The notes under the pieces were generated by a model. That model was not told the DNA's origin. It ran no database searches and worked only from the letters and a program-made list of their open reading frames with translations. DNA of 62,526 nucleotides, the filler included, from Platydemus manokwari (Eukaryota): the NCBI GenBank assembly GCA_037951405.1. It is 6 parts of 6 records of this genome, joined end to end, with 100 filler letters (N's around TTAATTAATTAA, not from the genome) between each part and the next. Parts side by side here need not be neighbours in the genome. Positions count along the whole stretch, not along the records: positions 9,422 to 22,080 come from JBBMOY010020014.1; positions 22,181 to 31,243 come from JBBMOY011305206.1; 4 more parts are not named here. One strand, 5' to 3'. This document shows positions 13,601 through 27,013 of the stretch, in pieces. Both the position numbers and the translations under genes were made by a program. Each line of letters starts with the position of its first letter. Position 1 is the stretch's first letter.

Positions 13601-16600
13601 ATTACTTGTAAATCTTTGATTTTACGTTGCAATTGAGTGATTAATCCTGATTCATCTTCTAGTTTGCCATTTAATTTCGATAATTCGACATCTTTTTTAC
13701 GAATATTGTTTTCTAATTCTTGTTTAGATTTTTCCAACTCATCGAAATTATCTTGACTCGATTTAAGATCAGACTCTAATTTTCGTTTAGACTTTTCTAA
13801 ATCTCCACGAATCTTCTTTTCTCTTTCTAGATTTTCTTCCATCTAAATAATAATTTAATAGCAAAGGATTTTCAAAACAAATTATTCACCTCATCAAGTT
13901 CTGATTCCAATTTCGATTTTATCTTATTCAATTGATTAACTTTATCTTCCTCAGCATGTAGAGCATCTTGAGTTTGATTCAAGTTCTCTTCTAAAGTCTT
14001 CTTCTCTTTATTTGTTTTACTAATTGAATCTTCTTGTCTTTGAATTTCATCTTTAAGATTAGTAATTTGTTGATCACGAGCTTGTCTCTCTTGTTCTGAC
14101 TTCTGCAAAGCCACTTCAAGTTCGTCGATATCAGTTTTATATTCTTCCATTTCCATAAGGATTTTCTTCTTCTCTAATTCCAATTCATCTTGACCATCTT
14201 CAGCATCCATTAATTTTTCTTCAAGATCTTTCAGATTGGATTCTAATTCTGCTCGTTGATTGATAAATTTCTGGATCTTTTCTTCAGCATCATTGAGATT
14301 ATCTTGCTCGGTTTGTAATTGAAGGAAGAGATCGTTTTTCTGTTCTAATAAAACTACATTTTGAGTCTCAATTTCTTTTTTCGACTTTTCAAGCTTTTCA
14401 AATTCTTCTTTCAACTTGACCAATTCCTCAACAGCCTTTTTCATTTCTTCTTCTTGTCTAGCAATATTTAGAAGAGGCTTAACTTTGATGTACAATTTCC
14501 ACCAAGCCCAAGTTCTCAATACCAAGTATTTTCTAATGTTTCTCTGTATCAGAGACAAAGCAATACTAAAGAAAAATAATATTGATTCATCAAACTTATT
14601 AATTATTATTTTACCGTTGATCTTGTAATGTTTTGTATGCTTTTCTCATCAAATAACCTCGTACTTGAGCTTGGAAAGATGATAGAATTGAAGACAATTT
14701 TTCATCTCTCATATCTTCCAGTTGTGCAAGAACACCGGCTTTGAAGAAGATTTTAGTTGATCCGAGTCGATAAGTGTTTTTATCTAATTGAATTGCATCC
14801 ATTATCTTGGCAGTGCACTGTTTTCCATCAACAAATCCTTGTCCAATCACATCAGCAGCTAAAATTGAATATCTATAGAAAATACGAATGTTTTTTTACC
14901 ATTCATTTCTAAAATAACGGTTTTACCTTTGTTTAAATTCCGAATAAATCAATCGATTGGGGAACCCTTTCCTGCAAATTCTGATACCTTCCAACACACC
15001 ATTGCAATGAAGTTGATGCAAAACCAAATGTGAATCGATTAGACCAGGTTGTTTTAATTCGTTAGGAATAATACATCTAATGAAATGTGGACTTGTACTT
15101 TGAAGATTCTTCATTAATTTGTTCAATGATTCTCTGTGAACATAGGATACTGTCAAGAAACTGCCTCCCTTTTTCTTTTTACCCGTTCCATCATCTATAA
15201 TGATAATCATTACAATTATCCAATTATTATCCAATTATTAATCTAACCTTCAGTTTGAGCAAATAATTGTGCTACAAGTGCTTCTTTACTAGCTCCCAAA
15301 GTTTGCAAAACACTATCATTAACTGGATCTTTATTTTTAACCAACCATCCAGTGATGTTGTAAGCAACAGAGCCTGCATAATGATGTAATTCGAAATGAG
15401 CATTTGGATGATTTGAAGGTTTTGGTTTTCCGAAATTTGGACTTTTTCCGAGATGATTTTCATATAATTTTGCTACAAATGTATCATCGGTTGCTTTAGG
15501 AAACATACATTCTTCCTCGAGAATTGATAGAATACCCATTGGCTATTTGAAAATACAAAGATACATTATCAGATGAGATCATTTCCAATTCCTACCTTTT
15601 CAATCAACTCAATACAAGCCTGTAAATCCAATCCGAAATCTATAAATTCCCATTCAATAGCTTCTTTCTTATATTCTTCTTGTTCTAATACGAACATATG
15701 ATGATTGAAAAACTGTTGTAATCGTTCATTAGTGTAGTTGATACACAATTGTTCGAATCCGTTGTGCTACAGTTATATAATTGTGTTGTAAAAATATTGT
15801 TATTTCTAATTCATTTTACCTCAAAGATTTCAAAACCAGCAATATCCAAAACACCGATAAAACATTGTCTTTTCACTTTAGTATCCAAAGTTTTGTTGAC
15901 ACGAGTAACCAACCATGAGAACATACGGCTATAAATTGATTTTGCAAGAGCACCTTGAGCAAATAGCACCTAAATGAGATAATGTGTTTATTAAGAATAA
16001 ATATTGAAGCTTATATTTTTACCTGATCTTTCGTTTGTCCTTTGGTGACAAATTCCGTTCCGACTTTGACTCGTGGTTTCAAAAATGCTTGTAGCAAATC
16101 TTTTGCATTGACACCCAATAAGAATGCAACTTTTTCAGCTTCCGATGTACCATCAGCTTCAGCTTGTTCTTCTCTGGGTCGTTGTTTAAATTTCATTTCA
16201 CCCATATTCATAATAGCTGTAGTACATCTAAACAAACCCATTTTCTCTTCTGCAGAGAATCCTAAAATATCAAAAGCTTCCTAAAAGAAAATTCATTTTC
16301 AAATATCTTTCATCATTTTTAATTAATCTTCTTACATCAGTGATTGAAAATTCATCGGAATCATTGACGCCATCAATAGTTAATTCTCCTTGATTAATGA
16401 ATGAATACACTCCACAATCAGCTTCGACAAGAAGTTTCTCATGCAAATGTTTAGCACTGTTTGACAGAATTTGGTAGAAAATGTGATAATTTCTTTCACC
16501 TTTTTGTTGAGATACAACTCTTGATTTTTCGAGAAGATCTATTTCAAATATATCTCAATGAAAATTCTTAGATCAATTCATTCTTACAATATTCAATATC

Positions 16601-17693
16601 AGCTCCAGCAATTTTACCACTATTTCCGAAATGGATTCGAATGAATTTACCCTGAAAAATGATGAGAAAAATGTCATGAAAATCATTTATAAACAAATAA
16701 TAGAATTACAAATCTGGAAGAATTGTTATTTCTCTTAGTTTTTGCGTTACCGTAAGCTTCCAAAACTGGATTGGCTTGAACGATCTGATCTTCAAGTGTT
16801 CCCTGTTGATGAGAAATGAGTGATGATATGAAAATGATCTTTATCTCATATTTATTACCTTGGTCTTGTTTTCTTCTTTAGAAGCTGCTGCTGCTACTTG
16901 GGCAAAGTATGAAATAACTTTTTTCGTGTTTTCAGTTTTACCGGCACCACTCTCACCACTAAATGAATAATATTAAATTTACCATAAAATCACATCATTA
17001 ATATTACGTAATCAAAATTGATTGATTTTCACGATCTAAAATTGAAAATATTAAAACATTTATTGATATGAATAAATTAATTATTCTTACCTCTTAACAT
17101 GTTGTTATAAGCATTGTCTGAAACAGAGAAAACGTGTGGTGGCATTTCAGTCTTTCTCTTGCCCTTGAATCTCATTGCTACATTTGATGTATAAATTGGA
17201 ATTCTCTTGTATGGATTGATAGCCACACAAAACAGACCGGAGTAAGTCTATAATTGAAAAATGAGATGATCATTAATAAGTTGAATATGAATGATTTGTG
17301 TTGTCTTACATAAATCAAATCACGATAATATCGAGATTTCAAATTGTGTAAAACACTAGCATCATTAAGAAATGTTAGATTAGCCATATCATCAATCATT
17401 TCAAATTTTGGAGGATTCATTTGTTGAATATCGCTTTCTTTCACTTCTCGATTCTAAAGATGCCATATATTATAATCAAGTTTTTACAAAATTCTTCAAT
17501 TTACTTCTCCATTTTTCGTTTGAACTTTCAAAATATCTCCAGCCACAGATTTGATTTCAGCTGCTATGAACATTTCCTTCTCATCAGGCACCCAGCAATT
17601 TTTCTTACTATCGAATGATCCCATATCGAGACTTTTCAATAGTTCTTTACGATCAACAATCAAATATTTCATTTCATCTTCATTTGTATTCAT
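10636..17693 (-). CDS. MHC: Muscle (striated-type) myosin II heavy chain, paralogue 1; complete, 24 coding exons, 5844 nt / ~1947 aa
   Basis: Exons traced by hand with GT-AG: 17693-17505, 17453-17310, 17247-17091, 17035-17008, 16958-16859, 16802-16710, 16651-16588, 16538-16336, 16280-16023, 15969-15820, 15766-15596, 15542-15248, 15194-14927, 14872-14615, 14565-13890, 13842-13606, 13547-13237, 13186-12520, 12462-12258, 12203-12022, 11972-11706, 11660-11415, 11358-11206, 11157-10636; the lengths sum to a multiple of 3. Motifs: P-loop GESGAGKT, switch I NNNSSRF, switch II DIAGFE, SH1 helix [18 protein letters not shown] region with WAWWKLY..VKPLL, long coiled-coil rod. Confidence 0.97.
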
Positions 17694-17703
17694 TGTGTTC
17701 GTT

Positions 17704-17820
17704 CTAAATTAGATTTGTTTTAATTAAATCATTATTCGATAAATTCAAATATTTACTTTTGATTTATCAAGAATAAAGAAAAACTGATGTATTTTCAATG
17801 ATTTCGATTCTTTTTATACA
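17704..17820 (-). promoter_or_regulatory. Core promoter and 5'UTR intron of MHC paralogue 1
   Basis: TATAAAA on the minus strand at ~17818-17812; GT..AG 53-bp intron 17756-17704 ends 10 nt before the ATG; paralogue 2 has the same layout. Confidence 0.6.
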
Positions 17821-18479
17821 AAAATTTGATTGTCCCCACATGGTTCAATCAGTAAGCGAACCAATCAAATCATTTATCGCATTGTAAACAGTAATACATT
17901 TCCTATCTCAATATAAACATAAACAATTATATAACAGTATACAGTATAGATTTGATCGGGTGTATTTCTATTTGTTGTAATTTCTACTGAACATATTTCT
18001 AACGTGTTGTTGTGGTGATACAAACCACACATGCTAATACAAATCCACAAATCGGTTATCACAGTATATTCTCTATGGGTATCAGTTCATTGATTCGATT
18101 GTATTTCCTTTTATTTTCATCTCCTACATTTGGTTCATGATGATTCTGTTAACAGAGGTAAATGAATTTTTATTTTTCATTTTATTTATCAAATTTTCTT
18201 CCTAAATTTTCTCAAAAGAAAGAATTATTATATAGCCAAGTTTAATTATTTATAAAATTATGCAGTCAAGTTTGAATAAGAAGAATTGTATGAATAAATA
18301 AATAATAAAATTGTACAAAAATAATAAATAGATGATTAGTCAGAATCAGAGGACCGTTTTCACGAAAGAATTATCAAAATCAAAGCATTATATTGTTGAA
18401 AAGAAAATCTGGACAAAGATTTATAAGGATCCACCGAATGAATATTGTTGTAATCAAATATTATCAAGTATATTCAATT

Positions 18480-19470
18480 TAAAATTAATGATTGTTTTTA
18501 TGTTGTGGTATTATATATGGCATCAATGTCTGTTTTTTTCAGGCAAATATATAGCATTGATCTTTGATTGAGAATGAAATTTCTGCTGCACCACCGTGGA
18601 AAATGTTGCAGAAAGCATTCGGTGACCAGAGGATGCTGAAAACTTGTTAAAGACAAACCGCATTGGAGATGACAACACATTAACTTTTGCACAAGACGTC
18701 AAGAAAATCAAAGAACTAATACTTAATAATCGTTGTTTTAAAATCAGAGGCTTTGCTAATGCTGTAAACATTTTACATAAGTAAGTCCTTGTGCCTCAAA
18801 TGAATAATATCTAATTTGGTACTAAATCACTGGATTTTTGGAAATAACGCGTCGTGTAAAATAATTAATTTTGACTATTTGGGCGTCATTAAAAGCATCA
18901 TTATAGATGACGATATTTGGACTTATGCCTTTGATCCGGAAGAAAATTATCAATCCAGAAAATATCGGGTCAAAGCCAAGACAGTAAAACCATTTCATAG
19001 TCTCTCAAAAATCTATGTTATGTAAATAGCTTAGTACTTCCGCAGTGTTGCATATTATGAATTCATTCCTCCTTGACAAAATGTTAACACATTATATTGT
19101 TTGTGAGTTAATTTTGTTTGCTTGAAGATACCAACATAATGTATTGTATTAGAACACATTGATTCTTCGAAAATTTTTCATTTTTTCAAATCTAATTACA
19201 TTTTCAAATTTAATTAATGTTTATCTAAAAATACTGCCATCGCATGATTTAGCACTGTGTGACCTCTGGGTACTCAATAAACTCAAGAAACGCTCAAGAA
19301 ACACAGGTTTGACTCGATTGAATATATAGAAGGATAATTTCTTAAAACAACGTACACAATTGCTACCAGAATTGCATAATACATTGGCATAAGTGTTTTG
19401 TATCAAAGAGGAGTAACTTTGATATCGATTAAATTGATTCGGAGGAATACATGAAGATTTTTCATTTTAA
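18480..19470 (+). mobile_element. mariner transposase relic
   Basis: MLQKAFGD.., KKIKELILNNR, SIIIDDDIWTYAFDPE (compare ITGDETWVY.YDPE), SKIYVM, YEFIPP*QNVN. Confidence 0.8.
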
Positions 19471-22402
19471 TCAACAGTAATATAATGTTATAATTTATTA
19501 TGTCTTCAGGAACATTCCAAACTTCATTTATCAACATAGGATTGTTAACCACTAATTATCCCTGGAAAGAATAATAAAGGAAAATTGAAATCCAATTAAT
19601 TCATACAATTTTCTTAATAAATTAAATTTTTTACAAAAATAAACTTTAATGTTGTTTGAATCAAAATATAACTTGTCATCGATTTAGATTTTGCTTAGAC
19701 AGTTTTTGGTTTTGTGCTGTTGAAAATCCACTATCATACTCAGGATCCACACTTAATGTTCTCCAGATTTTATTACTTTTCGCCTGCTTGGCATTTCTAT
19801 TCTTCAGAAACTTCTATTATAGAGCTTTGTCCCAAATGTCTTGCAACTTTTTTGTCCCAACATTACGGAATAATGTATTCTAATCATCTTTCCAACAGAT
19901 CATAAGTCGTCGAAATTGTATCGTACAGTACATTATTAAGATCTCTGTGCCTTTCTCTTTGGTGTATTTTTATAATTGTAATTGTTTTGTCAATATGCGT
20001 GTTATCCGAATCCAGGTAGGTTATTGATCATATAGGGATCACATTCATTTTGATGAAGAAATCATCACCCAATATCATTCATCATCGAATCTTGAGGTTG
20101 AGGAATAAGAGACTGATGAAACTAATGATAGGGGATAATAAATTGAGGGAGCAAGTAAATAAGGTATAAAGTGATAAGTTGTTGAACGCCTATTTTTAAA
20201 AATCAAATAATTAAGGTTAACTTGCCACTTGAGAATCAAATAATAGCTCAAGAAAGTGGTTAAGCAAGATAACGAGAATAAATAAATCAAGATACAAAAA
20301 TAATAATAGGAAAAGTTAAGGTGACTTCACAAGTAATATGCATCTGTAGATTTGTCATAAAAACCTGATAATTTGGTGTAAAATCAAAAGAATTTTTGCA
20401 CTTATAGAATTGACCGAATAGGTGATAAACTGCGACTATGAAAATTCTCAAAATTATAAATTTAATGCAAATAAATAGTGTGGCACATTTTAAATAATTT
20501 GTGTGATTGGAATGCACTCAATTTTACACACACACATTTTGATTTATGCTGAAGGACTTATTTTTGTGATGCACATTTGGTTCAATCTAAAGTGTATTTG
20601 CATCATTTATATCATTTGCTTGAGGAATTATTACAGAACGTATTTATTGGATAAAAATAATTCCCGTGTAGTTAAAAATTATTAGTTCTTCGAAAAAGAT
20701 GTTATGTTTAATCAATACAGAGCAGATCTATATTGAAATTCAGCGATTTTTAATAGCTAATGAAAATAGAGTTTTACATAATTAATAATTTTTAATTAAT
20801 ATTTGATTGTTCGAGTTATTTAAACTTTTTTTTTATTCACTCACGGCTATCATATTTTTGTTAAATCGACACTTTTGTACATTTTAATGAAAACAGAATT
20901 AAAATGCTAATATTTTATTTTTGAATAAATAATAATATAAATTTAGCTGGTAATTAAATAGTGAATGAACGCTCTTTTATTTAAAAACTTTGTGTATCAG
21001 ATTCAAATGTTTAATTTTGATAATGTTGTCTTCAATAAGTTTTATATTTGAATTTTAAAATTAAATCGATTTCAGATTGCAAAATATTTAGGGTCGATTT
21101 GAATTAATGAAAGTTATTGACAAAATGAATAATTCAGACTAATATTTTGTACAATGTTGTTTAACAATTTTTATAATAATCATATCATAAATCCATTGCA
21201 ATATGCTTGACATGCGCATTAAATTTTATTTAATTATTAGCTTATTTTATGTCTTGACTATTCTTGGAACACTTGAGTGAAACCAATTTAAAATAGTATT
21301 TATAAAATAATATATTAGTATTTATCATAATTATTATCAGTAAATATCTAAAATAATAATACTAGTAAAACCTATCGAGAACCAATGACAACCCGTAATA
21401 TATTAGCACGCAATAACATTGACAAATAAATTTCCACCTATTATCGCGTACAATAAGTGATGTCACTAAATAAATTATTCAGTCGATCGAATTTTATCAG
21501 ATAGAATTTCTCTCTGTGATAAATAAATTCTAACCTGAAAAACAATGAAAACACTGCCGCATAAACACATTATCGAGGACACAGTTACATGTTACCACAA
21601 TTTTTATATACGGGGATGGGACAATACAAGAAAATCATTCAGTATAAATGATCAGGATTTGTATGGAATACCAATCTATATTATATCGTCTCTCTTATTA
21701 TAGAGTTTAACTTAATCATCTTGAAAGGTTGCGGGCTTTGCTCCACGAGGGGGAGTTTATTAACCGTTTTCATAATTCAAGAGTTGTTAATGTCCGTTAA
21801 AAGGTTTGATGTATAACATAGTATTAAAATAAAATTGTAATTCTTATTTTATTTAGTTGTCAATTTGTATCGTTGTTTTTTTTTTAATAATAAACATCTG
21901 TAGTAACAAGAATTAGTTATTGATAAAATATGGAACATAAATAATAGTGTTGGGGTAGCAACACATTTAAATTTACAAAAAACCACCAGAAAACCATATA
22001 AATTTCCCTAAACCATAAACTATAAAATAGTATAAAAACCCTAAGTTCCTGAATTCCCAAAACTAGATAAAAGCTTCCTANNNNNNNNNNNNNNNNNNNN
22101 NNNNNNNNNNNNNNNNNNNNNNNNTTAATTAATTAANNNNNNNNNNNNNNNNNNNNNNNNNNNNNNNNNNNNNNNNNNNNTACTTTTCCATTCAAAATTA
22201 GTGTTTCATTTTAACAAAAAACGCTCATTTCATACCGGTACACCTGGTATATATATAATCCTGATCAAGATTAAAATTAAATAATAAAGCTCTCCAAAAT
22301 TTGTTTGAACAATGTTTATTTGTTTTATCAAATAAATTTAAGAAAATCCTAGTCATGAGTTCTTTTGATGAAACACCAGTAACAAGTGAAGTAGCGGCCA
22401 CT

Positions 22403-22405
22403 AAC

Positions 22406-22433
<28 letters not shown>
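22403..22433. repeat. (AAT)n microsatellite
   Basis: About 9 AAT units. Confidence 0.85.
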
Positions 22434-22436
<3 letters not shown>

Positions 22437-22899
22437 TTGGGTCAGCTAGACGCTAAACACAACACAGGCTCGTAACTTTCTAAAATTCTATCTGACTCCA
22501 AAAGATAGACGTTGCTTTCACTAAGCTATACTTATATTACAATATATAGATATTTTCAATAAAAGTTCTGTCAAATTACGAAATAAATTCGCTCACAATA
22601 CTGCGATACCGGCCGAGGCACTACTCCTGGCATTTACTACGTTCCAGCGAGCGTAATTAAATTACGGGCGCTCTAGTCTACTATCTTCTGTTTACAATAC
22701 CTATATTCGAAGTTCACTACCCCGAATATCCTAATACAATGAGGTTCTACTAAAAAACCAATATTCGGGATGCACTATTCACGAATATTCTATTACTAAA
22801 CAACAAATAGTAAATAATAACGTGCTTCTTGGGTCCTTTAACTCCAAAAATTTCCAAAAGTTCTCGATAAAATTTTCTGATAATTCTTCAACCAAATCT

Positions 22900-24960
22900 T
22901 GTGGCAATCTATATTCATAGTCCTGTCTAAACTGTATCTGGTTTAACGCAAGTCAGCGTTTATATACTGCTATTGTGTTTGCACCACTTGCAGCACATTT
23001 CTCTTCCCCCGAGTTGATCTAAACCGTCAACTTCTATCTTAAAAACCCATTCTTTTCAAATGAGTACCGGGAAGCCGAAAAACCGACTCCGTAGTCACTT
23101 TATTCCTCACTTTTCTCCAGTTTCTATAAGCAATCATGGCTTTCATCAATCTCCTGAATGACTGCCAGTCTCCGGTTGTCGTAGGTTTCATTGTCGTAGT
23201 CGTGGGTAATGGCGACGACATTTTTTGAATGGATTTGAAGTTAAATCCTGGAATTATTATTTCTACTTCCTTATATTCTTTTACCCAAAATTTTTATAAC
23301 TCCTTACTCCACCAATTATACCATATGTAAGCTTGGCCTGGCCTCCTATCATCATATGATCTGTATAAAGAATTATTTTTCTTCTCCATAGATAATGTCG
23401 AAACTTCCTGACAGCAAATATTATTGCTAAAGCTTCTTTTTCTATTGTAGCATAATTCTTTTCATGCTTCTTTAAGCCTCTGCTCGCGTAGGCTATTGCA
23501 TGATCTTTTTCTCCTTCTTCTTGCTGTGTTAGTACTGCTCCGATTGCATATTCACTAGCATCTGTCATGATCAAAAATGGTTTACTGCCCACCTTAATCT
23601 TTTCAAGACACTTACTATGTCTTCAATATGCTTGTCCACACCCTCTGAAAAGATATACCATCTAGATATACCATTGCATGAGATATATCTATCAATACAA
23701 TGTTCATCATTCTTTGAAATGTAGTAGGCATCTTAAGAAATTCATATAGTTCTTTGGCCGTTGTTAACGCTGTAATTTTCCTGCTTTCTTCATTCATCAC
23801 TACTTTTCTTAATCTGTCAAACATCATGTCAATTACCGGTAAAGGGAAAGTATCTTTTCTAGTCACTTCGTTGACCTTCCTCTAATCTATACAAAATCTT
23901 TGAGTTTCATCTTTCTTCTTTACCACTATAAAAGATGATCCCCGTGGTGATGAACTCTCTCTTATAGTTTCATTACTTAACATTTCTTGAACCTGTGTAT
24001 CCACTTCTACTTCCAGTGCGTATGACACTCGATATGTTTGCTGTCTGATGGGCGTTGGACCTGTTAGTATAATCTCGTGTTTCGATATAGTACATTTCCC
24101 TAAATCGTACTCGTTTTTAGCAAACACATCGTGATACTCCTTAGATTCGTTTAGTAACTTTTTCTTCAAGTTTTCATTCAACATCTGACTTTCAATTGTA
24201 ATGGGCTTATAACTCACAACTTTGCTTATGTTTCCAATTACCGTTTCTTGTTTTAGTGACGATAATTTCCCCATCCTCATGTCTGGCATGAGTTTTCTTG
24301 TTCTTTCTTCAAAGTTGGCTGTCCAAATGGGTATTTTGCCGTTCTTAATCTGCACTATTTTATCCTAACGTTGAATTCCTTGGCCATTCGCTCGCTCGGT
24401 TCGAACAACATTGGTTCGGATCCTTGTATGCCTCTCTGTGCGAAGCATACTACTTCTGATCGCTCTGCTATTATCACTATTTCTGTTAAGTAAGCTTCAT
24501 CTTGTTTTCTTTTCCCTCGTTTCCTTTTCATTGCGATTAAATTAAATTTCCGGTGACCAAATCAAACACCATTCCGCCCATTTTTGCTAAGATATCCATT
24601 CCGATTAATATTTCGTATGGGCCATTTTTCATTACCCTCAATTCATGTGTGAACTTGTATTCACCGATTTGCACTTTGCATAAGATTTTTTCTTCAAATG
24701 CGATTTTCTCTCCTGTAACGGTTCTAGGCAAGCCTCCTCCCCTGAGTGGCTTTAATTCTTCCTTAGTTAACATTTCGTTTGAGATGATTGATACATTTGC
24801 TCCTGAATCTATTAATGCTACCATTTCGTAGTCATTAACTTTTAGTTTGATAAAACTTTTGCTGTGATTTGATTCATGTACCATATTTACTCTGTTATCC
24901 GGTATTGGCAACCCTGTTTTAGCCCAACTGTCTACCAAGTTGGTTTTTGAATTTATCTTT
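22900..24960 (-). mobile_element. Ty3/gypsy LTR retrotransposon, degraded pol (protease, RT, RNase H; integrase deleted)
   Basis: Protease ALIDSGANVS (24537-24938 ORF), RT PIRQ..Y..SSP..VVKKKD..RFCID, DTFPLP, FQRMM, VYLD, RNase H TDASEYAIGAVL..AYASRGL..EKEALAI; polypurine tract GGGGGAAGAGAAA at 23010-22998 followed by TGTG. Confidence 0.92.
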
Positions 24961-25443
24961 GATGATTTAGTAATCGGTTACTTCTCTTTAAAATTTGCCA
25001 ATTCATTTTTCGGATACAACTGTTCCAATTCACACGGTGCTGTGGGTTGTTTGGGATAACATCTGAACGTTTTACTTATATCTTTACAGATATCTTTATA
25101 ATAGAAGCAAGGCTGATAAAATTGATGGGAATATTTTATATCAAACCACCTGATTTCATATAATCGTTCTCAAACGCAACTGATCCCAAACATAATATAA
25201 AAGAAATGATCGAGAAAAGTTATTTTTCCATAATTTTATAATTTAAGCAAACTGTGATATAAGCTTTGAATTTTTTAAATATTTTTTTAAAAATTTATAA
25301 ATTTTGAATTAATAAATCAATAGATTCTCTAACAGCATATTGGAATTTGCGCATTATAGAAAATTTGATTTTATCCATGAGACCAATTTAAATTTTGTTT
25401 CAATGATTTATTTCTTTGTGATAATTATTAAGGTACTATAGTG

Positions 25444-25541
25444 CAGGGTGGCCAAACGATCAATCGCGATTGACTGGTCGATTGTGAGATGTTATTCAAA
25501 TGAAAAGTCGATCTTACGTACACAAAAGTTGGCCACCTCTG
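25444..25541. mobile_element. hAT-superfamily MITE, 98 bp
   Basis: TIRs CAGGGTGGCCAAAC / GTTGGCCACCTCTG flanked by a perfect 8-bp TSD CTATAGTG (25436-25443, 25542-25549). Confidence 0.9.
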
Positions 25542-26871
25542 CTATAGTGACCCTTGATAGATAGATAACTTCACCAATTTTTAATATATTCCTAATTACG
25601 AGAAAAGAATTTTATAAAGAAACACAATAATTTATTCAAATCAATACCGTATTTTCTGTTCTTCAAATTCAATATCTGATGTTTTTAATTTCATTTTCTC
25701 AATTGATGTATCGCGAAAGGAAATTGAATTTCACCATCAATTACATGTTATTTTATGATTTCAATAATTAACCGCTTGTTTTAATTAATTTAAGTGCGAA
25801 TATGAAAACGGATTCTGCTTCGCCCATGATCAGTGCTGTGGCAATCTCGTTTGCAAAGTTATAAATGGTAATTTATGGTTTTTTTTACATGTTTCGTTAT
25901 GAATTTATTAAATTAAACTGTTAAGCAATGCTAACTTATTGCTGGGTTGTTAATTTAGAGATATAATAAATTAAAATTGAAGTTAAAATTAAAATAATCC
26001 TTATCATAATCTTAGTAATAATGTGAAGAATGCTACCTCTACTAATGTTATTTATTGTCACTGTATATACACTATTAATAATAAAAGAATTAATTACAAT
26101 AGGACAATAATGATAAAAATCATGACAACATTGCNNNNNNNNNNNNNNNNNNNNNNNNNNNNNNNNNNNNNNNNNNNNNNNNNNNNNNNNNNNNNNNNNN
26201 NNNNNNNNNNNNNNNNNNNNNNNNNNNNNNNNNNNNNNNNNNNNNNNNNNNNNNNNNNNNNNNNNNNNNNNNNNNNNNNNNNNNNNNNNNNNNNNNNNNN
26301 NNNNNNNNNNNNNNNNNNNNNNNNNNNNNNNNTATGATTATTTTNNNNNNNNNNNNNNNNNNNNNNNNNNNNNNNNNNNNNNNNNNNNNNNNNNNNNNNN
26401 NNNNNNNNNNNNNNNNNNNNNNNNNNNNNNNNNNNNNNNNNNNNNNNNNNNNNNNNNNNNNNNNNNNNNNNNNNNNNNNNNNNAAAATTATTATTTATAA
26501 ATGCTATTCTAAGCACTTCTATAATTAAGGCTCAGCAGGAAATTTCAATTAGAATCTTAACGAAAAGCACTGGGTGATTTTGTTCTCGTTGTTTACTTGT
26601 CTATTCAAATAAAATTTCGATTTGCCATTTAGTTCAGTTGAGAAATCAATGAACCAAATATTGTACAAAAGACCATTTAGTAATAAATTCTATTTGCACT
26701 ACCTAAAAATCCATCGTTGTCTATGTCGATTTTCAATGAATTTTGGAAATGCCACAACGTACCGAATCTAATGATTCAATGCACTTAAACGAATCAAATA
26801 ACACGTTTCGGATAGAAAATCGTTAAATGTCACAAACCATTTTTTGAATGACACACAAGCTGCTTAGTTTT

Positions 26872-26985
26872 CTATATAAAACAACCATTTTTTTCCATTG
26901 AAATCATTTTCGAGTGTAATTTCTCTTAATTCAGGTAATTGTTGATGTATTCTACACTAGAATATTGATGTACTTTTAACTTTAG
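26872..26985 (+). promoter_or_regulatory. TATA box and 5'UTR intron of MHC paralogue 2
   Basis: CTATATAAAA at 26872-26881; CAG|GTAATT...TTTAG intron 26935-26985 (51 bp) upstream of the ATG at 27014. Confidence 0.6.
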
Positions 26986-27013
26986 CTAATTTCGAATTCT
27001 TAATTGACTAGCA

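Noticed and set aside
10619-17618. Plus-strand and alternative-frame ORFs overlapping MHC paralogue 1
   Set aside because: Antisense or shifted-frame shadows of coding exons.
19600-20030. Possible gypsy integrase zinc-binding remnant
   Set aside because: No intact diagnostic motif.
26023-26528. ORFs with X runs
   Set aside because: They span N gaps.
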